Origin: Stylophora pistillata | Lineage: Eukaryota | Assembly: GCF_002571385.2 (NCBI RefSeq) | Contig: NW_019218308.1 | Location: 69,620 to 133,619 of the forward strand | Direction of reading: 5' to 3' | DNA: 64,000 nt | Part shown: in pieces, positions 50,101 to 61,775 of the stretch | Layout: each line of letters starts with the position of its first letter | How positions within the stretch are numbered: position 1 is the first letter of the stretch | Translations under genes and position numbers: made by a program | Notes under the pieces: model-generated | Seen by the model: only the letters and a program-made list of their open reading frames with translations | Database searches by the model: none | Told to the model about the DNA's origin: nothing

Positions 50101-52007
50101 CAAGGGAGGGGAGGGAATATAAATTGTAATTATTTCTCTGTCATGATTGGAAAACCAACTTATATAAGCATAGCTATTCATAGATTGATGGTACTTCGAA
50201 ATTTCTTGGCTGGATCAGTATATCTAAATCTCTACCAACTGCTGTTAAAGATGTGTCTCCCTAGGTGAGAAAGTTATCACAGTTATTTGCAGCTCTTTGT
50301 TCCCATCCAAAGGAGAGCTATCGAGAATCGATGGAATCATTAAGTACTTCGTCGAGGAAACAAGAATGACGACACTGTTTTATTGAAAGGTGGCCGGGTA
50401 ACTTGCCTTTAGGTTCGTGTATTTTTTTCAGTTTTTGTTCCATTTTTATGGAACTTCATCTCCGTCCAAAAAAATGCCAAAAAAAAAAAATCAAAGGAGA
50501 CTGTAAATAAGTTGTGGATACATTACGTTTCATTGGGTTTTGAAGATAATTAAATACCCAGCTGACATATCATGGCAAAAAAGTCTTTCTTGCATTTTTC
50601 AAAGGAAGGTGGTGATCCTCTTAGATTCCTTAATACTCTAAATCCTTCATCTTGATGAGTTAATTCATTTACATAATCATCTGATTTAAGGTCACCAGCA
50701 GTATATTTGTTGCCTTTTGTTTTACACTTTCTTAGAGAGATACAGGCGCTATTTTGAATTTGTTTAATTTGTAACTTTTTAAATTTATAATTCTATTTCA
50801 ATTTAATTTAATTTAATTATTGATATCATCAAAAAAAGTTGATTTTTTTATTGTTACTGCATGAAAAAGTCTTGGACAGTATTTTATAAGTGCTTCTACT
50901 TTTTGTAATTGTTATTTCATTATAAAGATTAGAGTCAGAAGCACATCTCCGTCTGCTGGACGCACTGCGGCAATATAAGAGCACTTGCTACACATATTTG
51001 TCACAATTGAAGAGATTTGAGTGACAACGTTAATCACCTGCAGACCAAGCTGACACAAGTTTTTCCTCTGGGAAATGATATCTTTCCTCAGTCATCACTA
51101 ACCTTCACGAAGGAGATGTCAGAAAGTGCAACCGTAGCAACATGTTGTGAAAATGTTACAACCTTTGACTTGAACCTTAAAGCTTACTGTTATCAAGATA
51201 TTTTTCTTGTTAAAAAGATATGTAATAGGCGAACATTATTACATTACCTATCTGTAATTTGGCCTTATCCCCAATCACATAATGTTGACAAAAACCTGTC
51301 ATTGTGAAAGAGCTGCCATTTTACTGTGGTGATGTTTGTTAATTTCCGTCATTGATTTCTGTTGATGTGAGGCAAGCATGTGTTATCACTTTTCCACTGT
51401 GTCCATCAGCTGTTGATGTAATTGTTTTCTCGGGGAAGGTATGTCATTCTACAAGAATGAAAAGAAAGAAAATGTTAAGGTTATGGTTAAAACATTTTAT
51501 TGTAAGAATTTAGGAAAGCCTGTGAATTGTAGTAAGGTACCTGTCGATATGGAAAGAGCTTTCTATTGTTACAACAGAGTTCTTATAGGTCATGGAAAAC
51601 CTGGGCTGGGCAGTTGCATCTCTTGGTATTTTGGACTATAAATCATGATCTCTTTTTGGAGCAACAATCATTTTCACCTTACCGTCCTTGTTAATATAAA
51701 GCTTTCATTAGTGCAATAGTGTAAGTGCCCGCTGTAAAATAAATCAAATAGTGATAGCAATAATGACAATAGTAAGTTGTTAGTATTATGGTATTAAGAT
51801 ATCACAGTGATAATTATTATTAGTATAATTTCAGAGCTGAGCAAAGAGTTTCCAGCAATCTGATTGGTCGAGCGGTTCCTTATATGACGCTATATAAACC
51901 GCTCCACGCGGTTTATATAAAATGTTAAAATAAAATGTTAATAAATGTTACTAAAATGTTATGATTTTTAGAAATTTCTCTGTTTCTCAGCTCTGAAATT
52001 ATACCCA

Positions 52008-52112
52008 AACAATTATTCGCCTCAGGTTCGGTGAAAATTGTCGAATAATCCCCGAGACGAAGTCGAGGGGATTATTCGACGATTTTCACCGAACCTGAGG
52101 CGAATAATTGTT
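52008..52112. repeat. ~105-bp near-perfect hairpin repeat
   Basis: Arm AACAATTATTCGCCTCAGGTTCGGTGAAAATTGTCGAATAATCCC and its reverse complement. Confidence 0.85.
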
Positions 52113-52909
52113 AATTTTAAAAGCTTTATGACATCTTGTGATCTGCTTCTATGAACCAGTGGTTTATTATAATCAATTCTTATATATAATTATAACTACA
52201 TGTTGTGGAACAAAACATATATGCCATTTTACCTTCTTGCTTGTTGACTGTTTTTCTTTTAGTGTGCCCTGTTGCTATCTGGACCATTTTGGCACTCCAA
52301 AAGGTTATGGCCAAGAACGATAAAGGGAATCCCATCAAATTCTAAATGCACTTCCTTGGTTTCCTGAGCATCTTTCTAGTACCTGCGATACCTAATTGAA
52401 CCTCTTTTTGTTGTCTCTGTGTACTCTTTATATACTGTAGCATATGAATGGCCTATTCAGTAAGTAATAATGTAGGTTACAGAGGATCCCCAATAGGGTT
52501 CTTCAATCCCGCCATCCCGACCGGAATTTTCCTTCAATCCCGAGATCCCGACGGTTTCTACCGGCTAATCCCGATCCCAGTCATATTTTCTTAATTCCTT
52601 ACTTCAGCAAAGATGATTCTTGAAGTTCCGTTTCAGATTCCCTCACAGCAGACTCAAGCACTGACTATGAGTTGAATTAGCTGTATCTCTCTGCACTAAA
52701 ACGATGATCTAGTTCATTTGTTTTTCATGACTGGTTTTAAACGAGTTTGGTCAGTCAATGAGTTATTTTCATGATTTTTATAGCTGGTTTTTTTTTGTTT
52801 TCTTTTTTTCTGTTTTGCCCCTTTTGTTTGATAACACCCACCTTCCGGATCACTTCGATCCCTGAAAAAAGTGTCTCTCGGAGATGATAGCGATCAATGA
52901 AGACATTAA

Positions 52910-53452
52910 AGGAGAACTGAAGCCTAAAAGTGAACCATTCTTAAATTGCAGCTTATAGTTCAAAAAGCAATGGTCGAGGGTTTTTTTCAGTCTTTGGGCC
53001 CAACTTCGCCTCGGAAAAATAGTTTAAAGTGGTATTTTGGCCTCGTAGTACGGCGGCTCAGAAAATCGATGTCAGCGGTCATTTTAGCTCGCTTTTACGT
53101 CACTGGTGAGGAAGAAAGATAATAAACCCGTACTCTTCCTACAGAAATTTGGTTTGGTTATGGAGTTATCGAAGTTGCATGACTTGTAATGAGGACTAAC
53201 TACGAAAATGAAATAGTAACAGTTGTTTTTCTTAAGTTGGTTCCCCCACTGACGTCATAAACGAGCGCTGCTGACCTATTTTGAGCCGACGGTCATACCC
53301 CCCCAAAAGCGAGAAAAAGGCAACTTCAAATGGAATTTTCTCGTAAAAAACAAGAAGTGAACGAAAATGAATATCGACACTTTATCTTACTCCTCTAAAG
53401 CTAACTAGAAATGAATGCAAGCAATATACCAATTTTAGGCTTCAGTTCCTCT
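52910..53452. mobile_element. Kolobok-type MITE (TTAA target-site duplication)
   Basis: TTAA|AGGAGAACTGAAGCCTAAAA...TTTTAGGCTTCAGTTCCTCT|TTAA. Confidence 0.75.
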
Positions 53453-53696
53453 TTAAGGATACACATCACGACGCACCACGGCATCTTCACTGTTCACTAC
53501 ACCTATGGCAAGCCACCGTCAATCGCAACTCAGAAGACAGTTTGCTCATTCACAATTTTCAGCCATGGCAACGATCCTCTGGAAATTCCATAAAATCGAG
53601 TACATTTGTGCTCAACAGATACTGAAACATATATTCTTTTCGACCCCAGTTTAACAGTGCTACATGTTCCGGCCCAAAATGCCGTAATCGATCAAC

Positions 53697-53973
53697 GGTA
53701 ACCAAAGCGTACTATAAGAGGTTGAAATAAGAGCCTGTATGGATTTCAATCTCGAACGAAAACTATTTCTGTTTTCCTTTGAAAAGCTACGATAGAGTTC
53801 GAACCTCTCTAAGTGGTGTCCTCTTTATGTCGCCGAAACGCTTCTGTTAACCATTTGACCGATTTTGACGCGAATTAAAGAGTACGCGTCACTGTATTGT
53901 AGCTTTCAAAGGAAAAACAGAGATAGTTTGAATTTTAAATCCATACAAACTCTTATAGTACGCTTTGGTCACC
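53697..53973. mobile_element. MITE
   Basis: TIRs GGTAACCAAAGCGTACTATAAGAG / CTCTTATAGTACGCTTTGGTCACC. Confidence 0.75.
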
Positions 53974-55269
53974 TACGGCTAAATTTAATGCGAAATGTTT
54001 ATTTGATGATTGCTATCATCTAGGAGCTTCTTTAGCAATTCGCTACAATTAAACTATTATAATTCTGTTATTGAAGCGAACAGTTCTTCCGAAACGTTAA
54101 ACCGTTCCAAGCAAAAACGTTGCCTCGCGATCCAACGACGGAATTCCACCAAAATCATCGTCGGCCTTGTCGTTATTAGTTCTAAGACTATTGTCTTAAT
54201 GTCATGTCATTTTTCACTGTCGAAGTTCTCGCAATTCATTGTCTTCATTCGCAATGTAATAGTTCCAAAAGTCTAAATTAGTAGAGGCAACAAAACAGAA
54301 CTTACCTAACTGCTTCCCTTCTCCTTCCGCGGAAGTTGTGCCCGAAATTTCTCCTTACGAAGAAACGAATATCCGCTCTTCCCCTTCTCATAAAAGCTAC
54401 GCAGCTAATAACATCGACAATATCATTGTCGATGTTAACTGACATCGCTAGGGCGCGTTAAACTACGCAAACGATAACTTAGCTAGTCTCCCCCGCGTCG
54501 AATATCCCACGCGCACCGATCAGGATATGTATAAGCTTGATACTAGAAATATCACGGTCAACAAATAACAAAGATCACAAAGACATTGTCAAATTGGATT
54601 CTCATTACGGCCACGGTGTCCAAGGTTCACGAAAATAGACCACAGATCACCATAGGGGTCACAGGGCAGCGTGGTCATTGTTCGACTTTTTCTGAGCATT
54701 TCCGACGTTAATAAGATGAGCAAGATAAGGTGACAGCTTGATTTTCTTTGCATATTTCAGCCTCTGGAATTCCCGAATCTCGATTTCCCGACATTTCCCG
54801 ATTCCCGCCTGTTAACATCGCCAAATCCCGTGTCCCGGTCATAAATACAATCCCGAATCTCGTCCCCCTTCTCCTTCAAAATCTCGAGTCCCGGCCTTCA
54901 AATAAGCCAAATCCCGGCTCCCGAAAAACCTATTGGGGACCCTGTTTACATAGTAATCAGGAAATAACATTCAAACAGAGGAACAGTCATATGCATTTTG
55001 TACCACATACTCCCCTGAATTTTGTAGCAATTAAAATTGTGCTCAACCAGATAACTGCTTAGAAAACATATTTGTTGTGTTTGTGCACTGGGCACAATAA
55101 GGTGATGTCAATAAGGTGATGTCAATAAGGAATAATATGAACTGATTGCAAGTATGGTAACATGACATTGTTTCGACAGGTACTGATAAAAAGTGAACTA
55201 AAAAAAGTTTGGTGTACTATAGCTAAAAAGAGAGCGAAATGACTGTTGAAATTTAATCTGCCCCTACTT

Positions 55270-55610
55270 TTAAACTATGCTTTAGAATTCAGAGCAATAT
55301 TCCACATTGTAGAATCCCTGCTGACCGATGCGCCTTTTATTACCGTGGCTTGAAAATATGGAATAACTTAGACAAAGACCTTAGGGAAATATGACAAATA
55401 CTAAAGTTTAAAGAACTGATTTGTGACATGAACTGGGTTAGATGATGATCATTGTATGTAGTTATCATTTAGTTATCTTTGTAGATAGTTTTTTTATACA
55501 GTTTTTTTTATCAATTAGTGATCTAATCAATTTATTCATTTGTCTATTTAACTTTCTTTTTAATACTGATGCTGAGAAGCCCTTTTTGGGGATGCTCAAT
55601 AAAGTGTTTT
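55270..55610 (+). mobile_element. LINE 3' end abutting the GT4 pseudogene
   Basis: ..GLKIWNNLDKDLREI.. RT tail and AATAAA, followed by duplicated CTGTCGACTATAAATAGA. Confidence 0.55.
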
Positions 55611-56657
55611 CTGTCGACTATAAATAGACAAGGTGGCCTGTCGACTATAAATAGAGAGTTGGCGATACAATTGGCTAAACATCCCAATGTGTCAGTGACT
55701 TTCCTAGTACTAGAATGCACAGAAGACGACAAAAAAGCAAGTAGTAGTTGTAATGTGCGTATCGTTGAACCACAGGATCTGTGTGAGTACAGTCCAGTTG
55801 AACGGCTAAGTTTTCCTCTGAAAGATCTTCCCATAGATATTATCTTTGGCCATGGTGTAAAACTTGGTAAACAACCTCAAGTTATAAAGAAAAGCCACCA
55901 TTGTAAGTGGGTTCAAGTTGTGCATACTGCCCCTGAGGAACTTTCAGTGTTTAAAACGTACTCAAACTGCGACAATGCCATATCTAAGGGCGACAGAAAA
56001 CAGTGGTCTGAGATCAAACTGTGCCAGTTTACTGATTTAGTGGTGGCTGTTGGACCGAAGCTTTGGGAGTTTTACTCCCGTTACCTTAGCTCATCTGGAA
56101 AACATGTTTTCAATCTTACCCCAGCGATCTTTCCTGAATTATGCTCTGTAAAGCTTTCGATTGTTGAGGGTAAGAAGTTCAATGTTCTGTGGCTGCACCA
56201 TGTGGAATTGAGAAACAAGTGGCAGAGAAACTTGCTTGAGCATGGCTTAAGCAAGGTGCAACTGATTGTGAAATCTTTTGTTGAAAATCGGGAAGACCTG
56301 GCTACCCTGCTATCTATAGCAGATCTTGCTATCGTACTCTCGAGAGCAGAAGGATTGGTTTGACCGCCTTAGAAGCCCTATCTGCTGGTCTGCCTTTCCT
56401 TGTCAGCCGAAACAGTGGATTCGGTGAGGCTCTCTCGAGAAATCCTTCCTAATATCCCCTGGGTTGTAGATTCTGAGCAATCAGGAAAATGGGCTGAAGC
56501 TATCAAGAGTATTCAACAGAAGGGTCGCAAGGCAACAATTGCAGAATGTCAAACGATACGGGAATGCTATGGGGAAAAGTACGGCTGGAGGAGTCTATGC
56601 AGCGATCTTGTGGAGATAATGGTTAATCTAGCTAATGGCAAGCACTTGTCAGCATAA
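55569..56657 (+). pseudogene. GT4 (GT-B fold) glycosyltransferase domain, disrupted
   Basis: GGLSTINRELAIQLAKHP, HGVKLG and VVHTAPEEL are present. The GT4 signature EGFGLTALEALSAGLPFLVS is restored by correcting a 1-bp deletion near 56356. A further frameshift, an apparent internal deletion near 56190 and a 5' end disrupted by a LINE tail are also seen. Confidence 0.8.
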
Positions 56658-56947
56658 ATCCTGTGAGTTGTTCTTGTCAAGGTGTTACCGATGTTAGGTC
56701 TGGCTGCAAAACGAAGTGATGCCCTATGTTCCTAAACATTCCCTTCGTGCTGTATGGTAACTCGTTTAGGGAACTGACCGAAGTTGATGTTTTTCTCCAT
56801 GTGGTTCTACTAACGACCTACTTAGAAATAACATGAACGTTTGTCTCCAATTTAATCATTATATTTTTACAGCTTCAAGAGGCAAGATAGAGCCGTCGGT
56901 TACTGCTGATACTTCAGAAGGTTGGAACAAGGCCTCTATTGAAATAT

Positions 56948-57225
56948 TAGGTCTACTCTGGGACCTTAAGTTGCCTTAAGTCACCTTAAGTTGCCTAAAG
57001 TCGCCTTAAATCGCCTAAAGTCACAATGTTTTTTCTGTCAATTTTGCTGAAGTCGCCTTAAGTCGCCTTTTAACACTTCAGTAAAATAAAATCGCTTCAA
57101 GTCGCCTCAAAGCGCCTCAAATCGCCTAAAGTCGCAATGTTTTTACTGCCAATTTTGCTTAAGTCGCCTTAAATAGCCTAAAGTCCCCCAAAGTTACGGC
57201 TACTTAGGGACCCTGAGTAGGGCTA
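56948..57225. mobile_element. MITE with ATAT target-site duplication and internal 10-bp AAGTCGCCTT repeats
   Basis: ATAT|TAGGTCTACTCTGGGACCTTAAGT...ACTTAGGGACCCTGAGTAGGGCTA|ATAT. Confidence 0.8.
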
Positions 57226-58057
57226 ATATCGGAAAATAACGTAGAAGAACAACCAGACACTTCATCGAAAGTTCTGCACGGCCAAGAAATTATAGCAGCT
57301 GGCAATGAAAACTTTTTGAGAGTCACTGCAGGAAACTTTATCGAAATAATAGTGATAGATTCTTCGAAGCAGTGCAGGTAACCATAAACAGCGTATTTAA
57401 CTTTTAGCTCTTTCAGTTCTTATTTGTTTTGAAAAATCACTGCCAATCTCTTGGCACATGCGTGCAATCAGGGGCAAACTGACCTGTTGATACTGGCTAA
57501 AAGTCTCAGCTTTCTGAAAAGTCTGAGTCAGCTGTGTATTTCGACCCTAGCTAGCGTCTGGATACCTTGCCTAAGCTCACAAGACTGGATTGAAAAAATC
57601 TTTCAGGCTCATTCTAAACCATAGCTTATACATTAAACTGATAGGAGAGGCAGAGTCCATGAAATGTGAAACGTCAAATGATCAAAAGCAGGTGCGCCTT
57701 CTTAATTTAAGGTGCTGCAATAAACATCATCAAATTGCATCAACCCTTAATAGATTCTGTAGTAATTATCTTATCGGCTACTTTGCATTTCCTGGAAAAC
57801 TTATTGAGAAGAGCTAACTAGTGTTATCTACATTGATGTATCTCCCCCGAGGTAATGGGTTTGAAGATTATCATTACCCTTCTGCTAATACAAAAATATT
57901 ATACATTGAGTAACCTGTAGTGCAGGTAAGTGGTCACCGTTCAAGTCTCCTGTGCAAGCCTTTTTTGACACATCAGGCATAGATATTAAACTATTACTCT
58001 TCATAGGGTAAATTTCCACATTTATCAAAAAGGGTAGAGAACACTTTTGAGATACAA

Positions 58058-58184
58058 TGAAATATATGAAGTTCATATATTTTGTACTGCGGTATTAGAT
58101 ACATATGATGCACGATCCTCGCAGTAGATAGCGCTATTTAAGCAATAGCGAAAATCAGACCTGAAAAAAATCAGGCCTGTACGG
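58058..58184 (-). repeat. Partial tRNA-derived repeat unit
   Basis: Direct sequence match to the arrays. Confidence 0.8.
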
Positions 58185-58282
58185 AACACTTTTAGTCAAC
58201 CCACAGTAAAAATAGTCACTTTGGAATAAATAAAAACTGCTTCCCTCAGTCTTATCATACTTTTCCCTTTCTTTTGTCCTAG

Positions 58283-60220
58283 AAAATTCAAGTATATTTG
58301 GTAAAAATCCAACAGGAAGAGAGAGAAATGTTTGAAAAGTATACGGCTGAAAACTGTTGGTGGCAAAATGATGTGCCTACTTCCGGTCTTCAACAAGCTA
58401 CCAACGTAGACATATCTGAATGTCATGGTTCTGGCGCCAAACCCAAGGAGAAGATGGGCAAGTTAATCCGTCACAGTTTATTTCTTGACGAACTTTTGGA
58501 AGTAGTCGATGAGAAGTTGCTCCTCATTCAAGAATACAGCCATACATATATAATCATTATGTTACAGTATTACATTAGCGAATTATTTTGGTTGTAATAG
58601 TACCAATCTCTGAGCAAATGCGTAAAAACCGGTTAACACTAGTATTAAAGTTTTTAGAAAATGCTGGGTCAGGAATACATTCGACCTTACCCAAAATGCG
58701 AATAGTTATCCTACGCTCATTACACTGCATTAAAAATGTCTTTCAGGCTCTTTCTGACCCTTATGTTTACATTAAATTGATGGGAGCACGTTCGTTTACA
58801 ACATCAGAAGCTGTCTTCAATCATCTTATGGAGATGCAATTGATACGGACAGGACACCATCGAAATCTGGGACGAAGTCAGTTGTACATGGCCGGAATCA
58901 GACTGACTTATCTTTTTTTAAGAACCTGCTCAGTGATGAATTCTCTGGAAAAGTTGAAAATTTCTACCACAGCCCCCCGAAATTGCTGAAAGGAGCTCTA
59001 GACTCTGTTTCAAGCAATCCCATAAGATCCTACTTCATCTTTTTGAATGGGACGGCCGTCCAGGGAGAGTTGGCATCGGATTACAGGGACCGGCTACTAT
59101 AGGCAAGAGATAAAGTTGGTAAGAGTATCCTTCAGCTTGTAGTCAGTCCAAGTCTTCTTTTTTCTTCATTTGTCTGACATAATCCCTCTTCTCATAGACG
59201 CCAGTATACAAGAATTTTAAGTGTTCATACGGATTTTTTTAATAAAAATTCAATTGTTATCATTTTTGAAATGCAGCAAGATTTTTCGTGTGAACATGGC
59301 TGCATATAAAGCTTCCATCCAAAGGGGAATGTATTTTTTTATGCACAGATTTTTCTTTTTTTTAATTTTTGTCATGGTGTTACCTTTTTAATCGACGAGG
59401 AAAAGAGGGAATTTGGCATCATGCTGATGTATAACGCCTCCTTTTTCTCAGCTTTCTAATTGTTCTTAAAGGTTAGGTTGTTCTTAAATACTTTTGTTGT
59501 TGCAATCACAGAAAAAAGCCGTCACTGTCATCTGCTCTGATAATCGTCCGGTTGACAAAGATACTATTACAGCAAAGGTTACTAAAACACTCAGAGAAAA
59601 GGTCTGTATTATTTGGCGGAAGGAAAATGTTGTCCCTCTTGAGCATTTTTCGAGACAAATGGTGCCGTTCACCGATCACAGCCTCTTCCGGAGGTTTCGC
59701 AAAAAAAGATCATCCCGATCTTCACACGCCGCGAAAGCTTATGGACGAGTCAACACTAGTTTTGAAGACCTGATCTCGTTATGGTAGGATTTTATAATCC
59801 GAGGCAGAAAAGAGGTCTGGACAATGGGCCCCTTCTAAAGAGATAGTGGACAGCTTATTTAAAGAATGGCACTCTGCCCCCGACGTAGAATTAGTGATAT
59901 ATAGTGAAATAATAGTTTCTTTTTATATATATTTGTATACCCACAAAGTTAAATGTTAATTCTTAATTATTTAATTAATTATCTTGTATTTCTAAACCCA
60001 TTGTAGCCCAGTCCCTATCCACGCATGTAATTTTATATATTTATTAAATAATTGTAACCACATTGTAATTAAGATTTTCTGTGAAAATGTGAGAAAGAAA
60101 CTTATCTATCTATATATTTATCTATCTATAACACAGAAAACCTGGAGGAACACATTACCGGGTTGTTGTGAACGACAGTAGTCCTCCAAACAATTATATA
60201 TTGTACAGTTCGTTAACAAC
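58283..60220 (+). pseudogene. Decayed copy of gene 9 exons 3-5 (gene 10)
   Basis: 58283-58457 matches exon 3 (SGAKPKEK). ~58860-59118 matches exon 4 with an in-frame TAG at 59100. 59512-60220 matches exon 5 with frameshifts and an AT-rich insert at ~59903-60128. The 3' flank 60220-60650 matches 48500-48970. Confidence 0.8.
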
Positions 60221-61129
60221 ATTGCTGCACTAGGGTCCGGTTGTTTTCCAACTTACAGTGAAAGTAAACCTACCCCTCCGCCTCTGGATTAACTCTATTT
60301 GAGAACAGACACCTCAAAATGTGTACTTTCTAGGGAAAATGCAGTGTACAGTTCAGACCAGCAGTAGAATTGTTACTGACCTATAATCTGCATGTCGTAT
60401 CCAACATTTACTACGTCACTTTCAAAAGCGTGTGACCGGGGTAAGACCATGGGATGTAGAGAAGTCTGTTAATTTTTATCCAAATCATTAAATAAATATA
60501 AGGGCCATTTTTTCTACTCTCAGGCTTTAGTTTCATCTCATACATGGGTTCACAAAAAAATCGCGCATTTTGGAGGCTACTTCGAGCATGCTCAGATATC
60601 AAAATTCCTGCCACTTCCGTAATTTTGTTTCATTGGGAACGAGTCTGCTCCGGATAATGATGAGGGTTTTGAGCCTCTGATCTATAAACATAGGTAGAAT
60701 GAAGCTGTCAATTGAAGATCTTGAGCTGCGATATACCGATCTCCAATTAATGCCCTGACTCTACAATTGATAGTAACTCGAGATTCTGAGACAGACGTTT
60801 AGACATCAAATTACATGTACCATAACCTCAATGACCAAACGCATCTTCATAAATGCACTCCTTTTAATATTATACTACCACACAATATATATATATATAT
60901 AAAACAAACAAAGAATACATGCAAGAAGTTTTTGGAAAAATTACAATGTCACTCAAACAAGCTAGTGATGAGGCAAAATGAACAAACATAAAGGTCTATA
61001 CAAAGGTATACAATTTTCTTGAAAAGAGAGCTTTTACTACATTTGAGTCGACTTCCTATCAGGGCTAAATCATAGGTACTAAAGAATGTAAGACGTGCAC
61101 CTGATAATTCCCTCAGCTTTCAGATACCA

Positions 61130-61652
61130 TGAAATATAGGAAGTTCATATATTTTGAACTGCGATGTTAGATACATATGATGAACGATCCTCGCAGTAGA
61201 TAGCGCTATTTAAGCAATAGCGAAAATCAGACCTGACAAAAATCAGGCCTGTACGGGATTCGAACCACTGACCTAGAGAGCGCTGCACTGGTATCGCAGA
61301 GGTCAGTGGTTCGAATCCCGTACAGGCCTGATATTTTTCAGGTCTGATTTTCGCTATTGCTTAAATAGCGCTATCTACTGCGAGGATCGTGCATCATATG
61401 TATCTAACACCGCAGTTCAAAATATATGAACTTTATATATTTCATTGTATCTGATTTATCACTTTCACGGGTTTATTACGAATCAACTTAACGGCCTACT
61501 CCCAGTTGGCTTGTTAGCTCCATTGGTAGAGCGCTGCACTAGTATCGCAGAGGTCAGTGGTTCGAATCCCGTACAGGCCTGATTTTTTTCAGGTCTGATT
61601 TTCGCTATTGCTTAAATAGCGCTATCTATTGCGAGGATCGTGCATCATATGT
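61130..61652. repeat. tRNA-derived repeat array, inverted arms (minus then plus)
   Basis: Orientation switches at ~61275. Confidence 0.85.
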
Positions 61653-61775
61653 ATCCCTCAGCTTTATTCGTGATTTGAATTCTCTCTTACTTAATTCTAG
61701 ATATATTGTCTAAAGACAACAATTACATAAGAAAAGTTTATAGTTGATGAAGATCTCTCAATAATAACATTTGAC

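Larger units (their letters stand above)
52481..54945. mobile_element. Non-autonomous DNA transposon with nested MITEs
   Basis: TIRs AGAGGATCCCCAATAGG / CCTATTGGGGACCCTGT, flanking TTAC direct repeat, subterminal ATCCCG repeats. Confidence 0.7.

Noticed and set aside
55569-56657. Intact glycosyltransferase or an NLR gene
   Set aside because: Frameshifts disrupt the catalytic motif region, and no NACHT/NB-ARC or LRR sequence is visible.
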